DNA of 64,000 bases, from the NCBI GenBank assembly GCA_002104905.1, contig MCFE01000467.1:6219-70218 (forward strand), read 5' to 3'. Made by a program: the position numbers and the translations under genes. Shown in pieces: positions 37,578-49,145 of the stretch (the stretch's first letter is position 1; the number at the start of each line of letters is the position of its first letter). Source of the stretch: Basidiobolus meristosporus CBS 931.73 (taxonomy: Eukaryota > Fungi > Basidiobolomycota). Under the pieces are notes generated by a model. That model saw nothing but the letters and a program-made list of their open reading frames with translations. It searched no databases and was not told the origin of the DNA.

Positions 37578-38385
37578 TTAGAAGTCATAGTCGTCATCTT
37601 CGTTTCTTTTACGTTTCCAGGCGGGATCGCTAGCGGTGTTTGGTGTGGGGGCCAACGAGCCTAATCCGGCGCCACTAAGCGCTTGCGCCTTGAAAGAGAC
37701 TTCATTTTGAGAAGTCGATGTCTGAGGGGCTGATTGCTCAAGGGTAGAGCGCACGTGTGGTGGTGGTGGCAGCGGTTGCGTACCCTGAATATTCCACACG
37801 AAGGAGGTTGGTCAACCAATAACAAACGTAACTAACGAAAAAATCCAAGAATGGTACCTCAGGGACGATCTGGAAGTTGACAGCAGTTAGGCAATAACGT
37901 TCCGGTGGCAAGCGGATGCCGTACTTCTCAGGAATCAGTGGCAAAGGCACTTTGTTCTTCTCTTCCGCCAACTCTAGCAGAAACTAACGACGTAGAATTC
38001 TTAGTTATGGCTCAGTTGAATAGATGCTCGATTTTAGGCAACCTCTTTAGGGGGTGGCGAAGTGAAGGAATGATTAACACGACCCTGAATGGCGAGACGG
38101 ATGTCTTCCAGATCGACATCGTTCTTATTGGCGTGTTCTGAATATACGAGAGCGTCCTGAAATACATCCACAGTATAGCCTTAAACAATCGACCATCAAC
38201 AAATCTTCTATTAGTAAGCTTCATCTAGACGAAACAAACTCCATCCTCAACGTACGATGTGCAAATTCCATCAACTGATGGATCACTCTGGGCTCACAAT
38301 CCTCAACGCCCAAGCTTTCCAGGATCAAAGAAACCAGCTTGGCATCGTTGGGAACCGGCTGGTGTTCGCTATTGGAATTAGACAT
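37578..38385 (-). CDS. TAF9: TFIID/SAGA subunit TAF9 (histone fold), spliced
   Basis: [32 protein letters not shown]|[32 protein letters not shown]. Confidence 0.93.
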
Positions 38386-38889
38386 TTCGGGTAAGGGAGT
38401 TCAGCGGTTGCGTGCGATACTGAGGGGATTTTTTCGGTGATTTTCCTCCAGCATCCAAACCCAAAACCAAACCACCAGATCCATTAATATGGAATCATCC
38501 TATTCATCAGATAATGCGGCTTGCCTCGCATTCTCAGGGAAAATTTTTCCTCATTCAGATTCGCCAGGAACACGTTTAGTTTGGTGATTAAATCCCTCCA
38601 GACACGCGTTATTCCATGACGCGTTGGAGCGGACCAACGTCATTTGATGGGAAGCAATAAAGTGACTATCCTTGTATCCGCCAATCACACGGCGACCAAA
38701 TTTGGATGTTGCCTTCTTCAAAATCAAAATGTTTATATGTGAATCCAAATGGCTGATGGCTTCACTGATTGGACGGTAAGCTCAGGGATTGAGGCACCGT
38801 GAAAATCGAAACAGACTAGAGTTTGATATAAATGGTAGATGGGATTTTGCCTGACCTCAACCAAACTTTACTTTGTTACTTGAATCACC

Positions 38890-39237
38890 ATGGCTCCCAA
38901 AGACGCCCCCTCTAACGTTGAGAAGAAGGAAGGAGGAAAATCCAAGTCTAAGTCCAGAAAGGAGTCCTACGCCTCTTACATTTATAAGGTTCTCAAGCAA
39001 GTCCACCCCGATACTGGTATCTCCAACAAGGCCATGTCCATCATGAACTCCTTCGTCGTGGATATCTTCGAGCGTGTTGCCGAAGAGGCCTCCAAACTTG
39101 CCGCTTACAACAAGAAGAGCACCATTTCTTCTCGCGAAATCCAAACCGCCGTTAGACTTTTGTTACCTGGTGAGTTGGCTAAGCATGCCGTTTCCGAAGG
39201 AACCAAGGCTGTTACCAAGTACACCAGTGCCAAATAA
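38890..39237 (+). CDS. HTB1: Histone H2B, 115 aa, short N-terminal tail, intronless
   Basis: [52 protein letters not shown]; AATAAA signals downstream. Confidence 0.97.
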   Translation: MAPKDAPSNVEKKEGGKSKSKSRKESYASYIYKVLKQVHPDTGISNKAMSIMNSFVVDIFERVAEEASKLAAYNKKSTISSREIQTAVRLLLPGELAKHAVSEGTKAVTKYTSAK

Positions 39238-39584
39238 GCACCTCTTCCCACTTGATTTTGTAAATATATCTCAGTTGTAGCAAGCTATAAGTAATAAAAT
39301 AAAGCAATCGAAACTTATTTAAGCCTTACTCTCTAGTCGTGGTATGGTATAGAATTGGCTTTTGGGGAGCTTGACCAGAGCATTGCCCTTTGTGAGCACT
39401 GTAAAACACACGCGAATCAGACTGTTGACGTATGCATTGTGGGCCACCGCTCACGTGACAAGCAAAGCAAAATTGGGAGATTTATACAGGATATCATATT
39501 TGATGTTTATTGTTCTGATGAGTTACAACACCGAGGTGTCTAATGCGATATTGTGTACATGCAATCTAGGTGAATGTGGGGAAT

Positions 39585-39908
39585 TTAAGCAGTGGATTCC
39601 TTGAGGTAGGCAACGCAGTCAGCGCGATCCTTGGGCTTCTTGAAACCAGCGAAGGCCATCTTGGTTCCGGGGATGTACTTCTTGGGGTTCTCAAGGTAGT
39701 CGAAGAGAGTCTCCTCATCCCAAGTGACAGCCTTGTTGATGTTGGCAGCAGTGAAGGTGAAGCCCTCGGTGGTACCAGACTTACGACCGAAAAGTCCGTG
39801 AAGGTTGGGACCAACCTTGTGGGGACCACCAGCTTCGACAGTGTGGCATTGAGCACAACGGGTCTTGAAGAGCTTAGCTCCAGCTTTAGCGTCACCAGTA
39901 GTAGCCAT
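39585..39908 (-). CDS. CYC1: Mitochondrial cytochrome c, 107 aa, intronless
   Basis: CAQCH heme motif, [33 protein letters not shown]. Confidence 0.99.
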   Translation of the reverse strand: MATTGDAKAGAKLFKTRCAQCHTVEAGGPHKVGPNLHGLFGRKSGTTEGFTFTAANINKAVTWDEETLFDYLENPKKYIPGTKMAFAGFKKPKDRADCVAYLKESTA

Positions 39909-40329
39909 TTTTGAATGAATAGGGAAGAGAGAGGCGGATTGTAGGCCCCGCTCAAAATCTTCACTTTATACCTTGGCCGCTTGCAACAGCCGATCCCATT
40001 TGTCTAATCGAAATTTGATTTCGGCAAGTACTTTGCTTAAGGTGAGTGCATATTCACCAATAGCGGAGTTCCGATGCGATTTCTCGGCTGGACAGCTTGG
40101 TTCCTAGGGCAATAAAGGCGATTGCCGCTGCTGATTGGCCAGCACGGACACCAACATGCATAGGGTAATTGGTGGAATCCCCCGGGTTTTCCCGGCCATC
40201 CCCAAACGTTGGATTAGCCATTTGGGTGGCAGCGTTAGGAGCCCCACACAAATCCACCACTAGTTCGTAGGGAAATGATAATGATTGCGTTTAATTAAAA
40301 CAACACAAGGATGATTAAATAGGTTTAGC

Positions 40330-40806
40330 TCAGATTTGGTAGGCACCAATGATAACAAAGGCTATGGCTAGCAGGGTTTGGTAGGATGCCCCTGGGAGCG
40401 TGGTTGATGCATTCAGGATCGGGTTGACAGATGGTTTGTTCATGGAGGGGTCTGCCGAGGAGGAAGGGTTGGGGAGTGTCGCGGTGGGGCTGATGAGCGA
40501 GGGGGTTGCTGTCACCTTGGAGCACCATTTGGTAACCTCCTGTTGTTGTGAGCTTCCAATAGATGAAATGCTAGGATCGCGAGAGCAGAACGAGATACAT
40601 TGCATCAGGTTCTGAGCTTGCTTACAGTGGCAAGAGAAGTCAGTCTCCATGCACTGGGCACTCATAGCATTGTTGCGACAAAGGTTGTAAGTGTCGGCTG
40701 CCTCGCACTTGCTACCCACTGCGGGCACTGCTGGAAGATAGGAAACAGCTGCGTTGGCTGTCATGAAGTAAAAGAAGAGCGAGAGAGCAAGGAGGGAGAC
40801 TTTCAT
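40330..40806 (-). CDS. Secreted 8-Cys (CFEM-like) Ser/Thr-rich, probably GPI-anchored protein, 158 aa
   Basis: Signal peptide; 8 Cys including C-x2-TD-x2-CxC; S/T/P-rich stalk; hydrophobic C-terminus. Confidence 0.82.
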   Translation of the reverse strand: MKVSLLALSLFFYFMTANAAVSYLPAVPAVGSKCEAADTYNLCRNNAMSAQCMETDFSCHCKQAQNLMQCISFCSRDPSISSIGSSQQQEVTKWCSKVTATPSLISPTATLPNPSSSADPSMNKPSVNPILNASTTLPGASYQTLLAIAFVIIGAYQI

Positions 40807-41215
40807 GATGAATATTGGTTCTAGTGTGTTGGTTGATGTGGATTGAACCCTCTTTTATACAGTCGCAGGTACTTCCCTAGAAGCCCTGCTGTTGACCGAA
40901 CGCGTTGCTTTACCTTAGCATCGCCCTGCATTGTGCACTCAACTGTTCACACTATGATATTTCGATGCTCAGGCACATCTGGTGGATATTCCCAGCATTA
41001 CAGCCGATACATTCTGTTCTGCTAGGTGGCATGAAGCTACAGCCGAAAAGGGAGCAATTCTAAACCATTCCTAGTAAGATCGGCATTTAGTACAGTTCAG
41101 TCCCCCTGATTCTGTGACGGCAGTCGACACCGGCAGATTTCTTGGTGGTGACTGCTTATCCTCCCTTTTTTATTCCAATTTAAGCTTATGCCTCCATTGG
41201 GTTTCCTTTGTAATC

Positions 41216-42061
41216 ATGAGTGAACTCACCCAACGCAAAGCGACCCAAACAGAAGAAAAGTCCAAAAGTATCAACGTTAAAGGTTCTCAACATCCTCCAA
41301 AGTCACTCTTGAGGCTCATGAAGGATGCAAGGAACCTGGTACTTGCCCTGGTGGCTTTCTTCTTAGTTACGTCGTATCTCCTCACTGGCACCTTCACCTG
41401 GGGCGTTCAAAGCAAATACACCAACTGGAGTAATTGGATCCCAGTAAGTCCGCCCTATTCTTCACCTCCATTGGGAGTGAATGTTCTCTGACTTGCCGTG
41501 CTCTGTGTGAATATAGAGAAAGAAGCTACTGCTTTCCGAGTCGGAGCTTAGTCTGTACAACGGGGAGGATCCCAAACTTCCGGTGTACATAGCCATAGAG
41601 TAGGTTGGATTTGGAGGCGCAGACATATACTTTGGTTAAACAAACATTCCTTCTTTACAGTGGAGAGGTATATGATGTTACCCCTGGAAAGGAGTTCTAT
41701 GGAAAGGTGCATGTGGTTGCTTCGTACTATCGTCTGACAACCCAACATTGAGCAATTCGTTTCTTTTTAGGGGGGTGGGTACGGATTCTTTTCTGGACGG
41801 GACGCAAGCCGTGCTTTCGCAACCGGCTGTTTTAAGGAGCATCTTACATACGATTTACGTGGGTTGTCATTGGCTCAACTTGAGGTAAATCGTATATTAC
41901 TTTCATATATTCTAGGTTCTAAACTGAGACCAATTACATAGAGCTTGAAAGGATGGAAGGAATTTTACAGCAACCATCACAGTTATTTTCACGTAGGAAG
42001 GGTAGTCCACCCACCCATCGACCCAAAGTCCCCAATCCCAGTGGATTGTAATGCTCCATAG
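41216..42061 (+). CDS. Membrane-associated cytochrome b5-like heme/steroid-binding protein (MAPR family), spliced
   Basis: N-terminal TM, then ELSLYNGEDPKLPVYIAIE|GEVYDVTPGKEFYG..GYGFFSGRDASRAFATG..HLTYDLRGL. Confidence 0.9.
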
Positions 42062-42242
42062 CCTGTTGGATCAACCCATCAGCGATATAGACAGATGTCT
42101 ATGTGATGAAATAAAGCAATGCCAATGCGATACCCATAAATCATCGCCATCTTGGGGAGAGCAGTCATCCATATAAATAGCTGATGATTGGTACAAGAAA
42201 ATTTCGTTTTTTCATCAAATCAGATAGACGTCAAGCATATAT

Positions 42243-44891
42243 ATGTTTCGTAGAGGATACATTGCACTTGCACCTGACTATTGGGGCTCGGCATCAGTTA
42301 GACTCACGAGAGCACACCTAGATAGAATAGTGAGGCGCCACCAGAGCTCTTTAGTCGAGAGTTTAGAGTCGAATCTACTAGCCAAAAATCGGGAAAATGC
42401 TTGGTCCAATTTCAATCAGCTCCTGAACTCCGGGAAAGAAAATGGTATCAAAGCAAGTCAATACTCAAAGCTGCTTGAATTGGTGGTTTCTGTACCAAGG
42501 GTGAGCATTACGGAGCGAGCAAGAGGCCAGAAGATTCTGCTTTCCATGCAAAGGAACCAAGTTCGATTTACAAATTGTACAGAGTACGCTTCACTGATTT
42601 TGTTTCATGCGAAGAACGGAAGAATCGATTTGATCAAAAGAACATTGGCTGAGATGAAGAGACAAGGTATCGAACCCGACGCCTCAATATATCACTACTG
42701 GATAAAAGAAACCATCCCCCGAAACTTTTCTGCCGGACTCGAGGTCATAAAATACATGGAAGCGTGTGGAGTGAAGCCGGAACTTCCCACCATAGAGATT
42801 CTACGGAAGGCAGCTCTTGAGAAAAACGAGCTTGAGACGCTAACTAAGATCGAGGAAAAGTTCGGTAACCTGAGGGCGCAGGAGGGTACGCAAGCATACG
42901 CCGCTCAAATCGAAAATTATACACGGGCTCTAGAGATCAAGAAGGCGGAGGGGCTTTTTGAGGTGATGAAGCAAGCAAAGGTGTCACCAGACTCCCTGAC
43001 GTATAATTCGATGATCCGAATGTATGGGAGGGTAAGGGATTACGAGAGCGTTCTCTCACTATACAATGCCGTGAGGGCTGCTGGGCTCCGGTTGACAGAA
43101 TCGTCCTACAATTACACGGCTATTTCGCTAGCCAGTTTCTCCAGACTTGACGAAGCCCTGAAGGTTCTAGAGGAGATGGCGGCGCGGAGATTGCGTCCGG
43201 ACCAACACTGTTATGACCTGGTTGTTCGTGAACTACTCACTGTGTCTCGGCCAGTCGACGCGTTTAACTTGTATCGGCAAGCGCTCGACTCGAAGACCTT
43301 GTTGTCAGTGAAGACGTTCACTAGGTTGATCCATCATCAATTAAAGCAGAGGAACAGCACCGAGGCCATGCAAATATATCAAGACATGCTTCAACAGGGG
43401 ATCACGCCCGACGCCAGGGTATTGACGGTTTTGGTGGAAGTTCAAAGTAGATTTGGCTGTACCGACCATGCTGATTTCCTATGGAATGAGGTTCGGAGAC
43501 ACAAGGTTCAAATGGACGACTACCTTTGCAATACGCTGCTCAATGCATGCATTAGAAACTCCTCCAGTGAATCGGCAGTGGAGGTGTTTGAGGCAGGCCG
43601 GCGGCTCGGGTATAGTTTCGATCGGAGTGTGTATCGTGCTCTTCTCCAGCTTTGCCTGAATGGAAATCAACTTGATGCCGCCAAACGAATTCTGTCACCT
43701 CCAACCCTTGAGCCAAAGGTCGACATAGTCACGTGCACAATGCTGCTTCGCTCTTTTGCGGACCAATTTGATCTAGATGGCGTTCGAATGGTCCACAGAT
43801 TGATCGACTCCAACAATGTCCAGTTGGACATCATTGCACTGAATACCCTGCTAGATTCCTATGGCAAGTGCGGAATATTGCGAGAGGCCGAGAGGCTTTT
43901 CTCTGCCCATCTTGCACCCAATAGCTATCCCAAGTTGGATACCATTTCGTACAACACCATGATTCGTAGCTATACCCTAAGAAACATGTTTGCCCAGGCC
44001 GACGATACGTTGGAGTCAATGATCAGCGCGGGGTTATTGCCAAGCACTGTGACCTTCAATACCTTGATCGCTGGATACATCAGACATGGGGACTTGGCTC
44101 GAGCCGAAAGTCTCGTTCTTAGGATGCAGAAACTAAAAATCCCCAGGAACACCGTCACCTTCAACACCATGATACTCGGCTATATGTCAGATTCCAATAT
44201 TGACGCGGCGAGTAGCAGCTACAAGGAAATGCTGGCTCTTGGAGTCAAGCCTGATGTCCAGACCTTTGATACACTTATCCACGGTTGCATGAACCACTCT
44301 CGCTTTACCCAGGCGAGGCAGTGGTTTGAAGAGATGGCCAGGACTGACACTCAGCCTACGATTGAGACGTTTAACACCTTCATGAACGGATATCTCAAAG
44401 CCTATCGGATAGATGACGCCCTCCGGGTATTCGATGATCTGTACACCCGTCTACCAATCGCCCCCACTGTCGTCACTTACGGCATCCTGATGAACTGCTG
44501 GAGTTACGCGAAAAACCATGAGAAGGTACTCGCTATGTGGAGCAAACTGCAAAGCGAGCCCAATTTCGCCCGGTGGGATCCAACCGGATGCATCAGTGTA
44601 CTCTTGGATTCATGTGGGGTGAATGCCGACCTCGACGAGCTGGAGAAGCGGTGGTCGGAAGTCAACGCCCTCAATGTACCTCTGAGCGAGAACAATTATG
44701 CATCCTACTGTGAGGCCTTGGTCCGTTGCCGCCAGCGCAACAAAGCAGTCGAAGTGCTGGAGTCATGGCATCAAAAGAACGGTAAGATCAGTGGTAAAAC
44801 CGGGGAGGTGATGCTGAAGTTGCTTTCACATGACAAGCCTCTGGCCGCGAGAATCAAGAGGTGTCTTCACAATGATACGACAGAGCAATAA
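42243..44891 (+). CDS. Pentatricopeptide-repeat (PPR) protein, 882 aa, intronless, probably mitochondrial
   Basis: More than a dozen 35-aa repeats such as PDSLTYNSMIRMY, PSTVTFNTLIAGY, RNTVTFNTMILGY, PDVQTFDTLIHGC, PTIETFNTFMNGY; Arg-rich N-terminus. Confidence 0.93.
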   Translation: MFRRGYIALAPDYWGSASVRLTRAHLDRIVRRHQSSLVESLESNLLAKNRENAWSNFNQLLNSGKENGIKASQYSKLLELVVSVPRVSITERARGQKILLSMQRNQVRFTNCTEYASLILFHAKNGRIDLIKRTLAEMKRQGIEPDASIYHYWIKETIPRNFSAGLEVIKYMEACGVKPELPTIEILRKAALEKNELETLTKIEEKFGNLRAQEGTQAYAAQIENYTRALEIKKAEGLFEVMKQAKVSPDSLTYNSMIRMYGRVRDYESVLSLYNAVRAAGLRLTESSYNYTAISLASFSRLDEALKVLEEMAARRLRPDQHCYDLVVRELLTVSRPVDAFNLYRQALDSKTLLSVKTFTRLIHHQLKQRNSTEAMQIYQDMLQQGITPDARVLTVLVEVQSRFGCTDHADFLWNEVRRHKVQMDDYLCNTLLNACIRNSSSESAVEVFEAGRRLGYSFDRSVYRALLQLCLNGNQLDAAKRILSPPTLEPKVDIVTCTMLLRSFADQFDLDGVRMVHRLIDSNNVQLDIIALNTLLDSYGKCGILREAERLFSAHLAPNSYPKLDTISYNTMIRSYTLRNMFAQADDTLESMISAGLLPSTVTFNTLIAGYIRHGDLARAESLVLRMQKLKIPRNTVTFNTMILGYMSDSNIDAASSSYKEMLALGVKPDVQTFDTLIHGCMNHSRFTQARQWFEEMARTDTQPTIETFNTFMNGYLKAYRIDDALRVFDDLYTRLPIAPTVVTYGILMNCWSYAKNHEKVLAMWSKLQSEPNFARWDPTGCISVLLDSCGVNADLDELEKRWSEVNALNVPLSENNYASYCEALVRCRQRNKAVEVLESWHQKNGKISGKTGEVMLKLLSHDKPLAARIKRCLHNDTTEQ

Positions 44892-44995
44892 TAAAGATCA
44901 TATTGTATTGCTAACTATCGCTTTATTAAATGGTCAACGGCGTTATTGTGATTGAGCGTGTGAAGGCAAATAAGTGTAGAGGGGGTCGATGCTAC

Positions 44996-46859
44996 TTAGT
45001 TCACCATCTCAAACCCTTCCTCAAACGTGTCGAATTCCTCGTCCGAAAGGTACATCGGGGTATCGCGGGCCACGGCCAAGATGGGTGCCTCGCACTCTTT
45101 GCTCAGCTACAAACGAAGGGAAGTTAGACCGATGCCTGTCTGATTCTGCTGCACTCAGATACCTCTTCCAGCCTTTGAAGGAACAGATCGATGTCTGCTT
45201 GGTCTCGACAATAGAAGCCAAACAGCATGCACGGGTCAATCTTCTGGATGTTGATGGTGCGGATCTCGCTGCAATGGTACGTCGACAGCTCCTAGCAGTA
45301 TTCTTAAGTAACGAAGTGTGGCGCAGCAATCGATGGGACCTACCTCTTCGGTGAGTTTGGTCGATGTTGCCGGACGAGGATAGTGGGGATCTAGGTAATA
45401 CAGCGAGTCGCCTTCAACAAAGGTGTTAGCCGTGTGCTGGAGATGCGAATTGGTAGCGTACCTTCATATGCAAGAAAATATAGAGATGCCGAAGGTTTCC
45501 CGCTAGCAAACGAATAGAAATTATTAGATCAGTCCGGATCGACGGGGCTATCATCCAGGACACTACCCAGCAATACCAAGGCTCTGAGGCAATCCTAGCA
45601 GTTTCTATTCTCAAGTTAGATGGATGATGGTTTGGCGGAATGGGGCCATTACGGGTTACCTTGATGCCATGGAAATATATTGGGTTCAGGGTGTTGATTC
45701 CAAGTCGCGTAGGAAGCAGGACTAACAGTGGCTTATTGCCTTGGGTCAACATCCTTAACTGGTCTTTGTAGATTACGCTGTCCGTGGCGACGTACACTCC
45801 AAGATCTAGAGGTTGGTAAGAGTTTACCAACGCCCTTGACCACGACTATCGTAAGTACACCGTATCAAACACCAGCACACATAGGGCAGATTACCTGATG
45901 GCCTGCGATGCGGTAAATGGGCCAAACCATTCGCCGATGTTCTTTCCTAATTGTCTTCCTTGGATACAAAAGTTATGCAGGGAGAAGGGGGTCTGGCTGT
46001 TTAGATCATCCAGAAACAGACGGACTATCTAGAGGGATTCAACTGATCAGCACCGGTGGTCCTCTCAAGTGGACGCCTGGAACAAACCTGAACATAAGTT
46101 CGTTCCTTCTCGGATGAGGTGCAATTCTTGCGCCACCCTGGAGAGCTGTTGTTAAATACTGTTAGGCTAGAAGTCGATGCCACTGGACACATTACCTCTC
46201 CCCAGCTTCTGCATCACAAGTGCCTGCCCCAATAACATTTGAGCCGACCGCAACATGCACCCCCATCCTACGTCCGACACGTACTCCGAAGGTCGAATCG
46301 CTGGGAACCCTGTTCGATAGGTGAACCACAGCCGGGACTTGAAGTCCTCGATAAACTCCAAAGGGTACTTCTCTTTGGTCTCCGCCAGCTGACTACGAGT
46401 GAAAGCATACGTCTCCCCAAGCATGTGAATAGTCCTATCGTCTGGTTCACCACCGGAAAGTTTTCCTGGAATAAGAGGCTTAATCCAGTCTGTTATACGG
46501 TTACTCGCCACCTCTGCTGCTCCCTGGATTCTTCGGAGAGTGCTGTGACCGGCCTGATACAAAGTTCGATCGTTGAGTTTGAAAAAGCCATTGATCGCTT
46601 GGCCGCGGTCCTCAGCGGGGAGATTCGTTTCGGTTACAGGGGAATTACCAAGAATATCGATGTCAAGTAGCTCCTCTTCAACGAAGGGAGGTTCGGCTCG
46701 CTTGGAGGTGCCGCAATCTTCAGTGGAGGCCGGTTTTTTTGCCAACACCTCCCCTACTGCTGAAGCACCGGATTCCGTGAGCAACAATAGACTTGACATT
46801 GAGTGAGGACTTGGGTTAGAGGAGTCCTCGGTTGAATGAGCAGGCTTGAAAGTCTCCAT
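44996..46859 (-). CDS. ATG4: Autophagy cysteine protease ATG4, spliced
   Basis: SRLWFTYRTGF, SDVGWGCMLRSAQMLLGQAL (catalytic Cys), LLVLLPTRLGI..NPIY, YYLDPH (catalytic Asp/His), IDPCMLFGFY. Confidence 0.94.
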
Positions 46860-47524
46860 AGACTAGTGGATTAGATCAAAGCCAAGGAGATTGTTGACAG
46901 ACGGTGGCAATAAAAGGGACTTTTACCAAGTGTTTATCAAGGAAGCGATGTTGTAGATCTACCCTGACTTCTCAACACTCAAGGAAACGCTATCTTAGAG
47001 AAGGGGCGTGGTGAGTCTAGGCTACGCGCCGGAGTAGGCGACAATTCAAGCGTGTGTAGTGTATATCTGTGGGATGGTAGTACACGTGGAGGGTACTCTC
47101 CTATGATCTCATTCACTGTCACGGAAGGAAACGAAGTACCAGAAAGCTCTCCGGTAGTCAATAAAAGTGGACGATTACACCATCACTACAGAAGTCCAGT
47201 TCGGATAATGTGACTGTGAGAAGTGGTTTAGATGAAGTTAAACTTATGGCACTTTGGTTAACTTAAGCGGACTTTAATGATTATATAGCATAACACTACG
47301 GATGAAACAAATATGCAATCAATACGACAGATGATGGATTCTATTTCCCAGTGGTTCGTAAAGGTGAGCGGTGAGTGGGCCTAATATATATAATGAATCT
47401 ATCGTTTCGACCCAAAATAAAGGCGAAATATATACAGTGAATTGAGTAGCGAGAGTGCGAATAAATTAAGATCACTCTGGATCGTGTCACCCAGCGTCTA
47501 GTAATTGATGATTGTCGTCTCTAG

Positions 47525-48136
47525 TCAGACCTTGTCTGTTATCTCCGAGGTATCAACCTCAATAGTCTCCGGTGTCGACAAGATCACGGTGGAGACGTAC
47601 AACCCAACCACGGCGGCCATGATCTGAACAGCCCCGCCGACCTTGTAGCAGAATTCCACGCCAAACAGTTGAGCAATAGAGAGGAAAATCAGACTGATGA
47701 ACAGAAGGAAGAAGGTGGTGAAGGAGGTCTTAGGCTGAGTGCGCCAAGCCGAGTAGGAGAACATGGCGTTTAGGATGACCCAAGCAAAGGTACAGATTCC
47801 CGTAGCTTTCATGTATGTTCCGTCGGTGTAAGACTGCTCTATTCCGGCTATAGGCAGGAAGTTGATACCAGTAGTAAACCAGAAGGCGCCGTAAATGGCA
47901 AACGCACAGCCACCAAAACTGTTTCCTCTGGCGAAATCCCACATACCGGCGCTGAATTGGCAGAGCCCGCCCATGAAGAAGCCCCAGCCGCAGATAACCG
48001 TCGCATTGTTGGTGACTATTCCGAGAGAGAGAAGGGCGAGGACGAAAGTGGAGATGGAGAAGCTGATGATGCCCAGGGCAGTGGGGTTGGCCTGTTTCTT
48101 CGGGGTATGGTGGCAGTTGCAGGTGCAGGTACTCAT
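47525..48136 (-). CDS. GPR1/FUN34/YaaH (SatP/Ady2) acetate or monocarboxylate transporter, 203 aa, intronless
   Basis: ANPTALG, GGLCQFSAGMWDFARGNSFG..YGAFW; six hydrophobic segments. Confidence 0.92.
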   Translation of the reverse strand: MSTCTCNCHHTPKKQANPTALGIISFSISTFVLALLSLGIVTNNATVICGWGFFMGGLCQFSAGMWDFARGNSFGGCAFAIYGAFWFTTGINFLPIAGIEQSYTDGTYMKATGICTFAWVILNAMFSYSAWRTQPKTSFTTFFLLFISLIFLSIAQLFGVEFCYKVGGAVQIMAAVVGLYVSTVILSTPETIEVDTSEITDKV

Positions 48137-49145
48137 TTTCGAAATAAGCAGAGAAATCTACGCGATGCTCGGACATCTGGGGAGGTTTTGTAGTCCCACC
48201 TGGCGATTCTTTCGGAATGGATTCCTTCGTTTTGGACCCGTTTCGAAATTCGCCTCACTGCATTTAGTGCACCGTGCCCAGAATAGTCAACCGTCGAACT
48301 TCTGGAGTCAGCACCGCGGGCGAATTGGAGGCCTTCCTGAGGCGGGGCTCATCCATTGTTGATGGCACCAATCCCTTTTCCGGAGAAATCCCTGGATTCG
48401 AGCGAAGAGGGAGATAGAATTCCCAAAAGTGCTTGGCAGGTAAGGAATAAGCAGTTTTCAGTAAATAAGCATTCTAAATTGAGACCAATCTGCTGTGGAT
48501 TTCAAGTGATGCAGTTTCTATAAATCGAAATCAACGCCGCTTAGCTAATTTACTTGGGGTGGATGTCCAATCGATGCTCCACTGAGGAGCCAATTATTCA
48601 ACTGGCTGTCTGTGGATGCGCCTCATGTCAAAAAATTCTAAATCGTGTTAGCTTATATAGGGGTGACACAGGATTGGTGGCCGATTTTTCAAGCTATCTG
48701 CCCTCGCGGTGGGTGCTCAGTCATCCACTAGAAAGAGGTGAACTTTGATGTCATGGTTCTACGCATAATCCATCGGTAACTGGTGATGAAGCTATGATCA
48801 TTGGCAGGGGGATGACAAGCGATCTGAGCCTATTATTGTCAAACATCGCCAATGCTCATGGCGCTCGGCAAAAGCTGATTGGGGGGAAAAAAGCACTTTA
48901 GTAGACATGATTTAATCTATTCCATTTGACGGCTTAGAGTGCGTTTGTATGATCAATCGTGACGTTCAGATAAATGGTATATATCAAGCCAATCTGTAAT
49001 TCAAATCTATATATGAATTAAGCGTGTATACCGCCTGTATATGAAATCTATATCAAATCGGTACATCGTCACGAAGTGATTCATCATTCCAGGTATTTAA
49101 GTGCGCGCTGGCCACACCAACGTCTCTCAGCCAGCCCCCTTCAAT

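Noticed and set aside
38386-38889. A hidden H2A gene between TAF9 and H2B (ORF 38551-38748)
   Set aside because: The translation has no histone-fold similarity.
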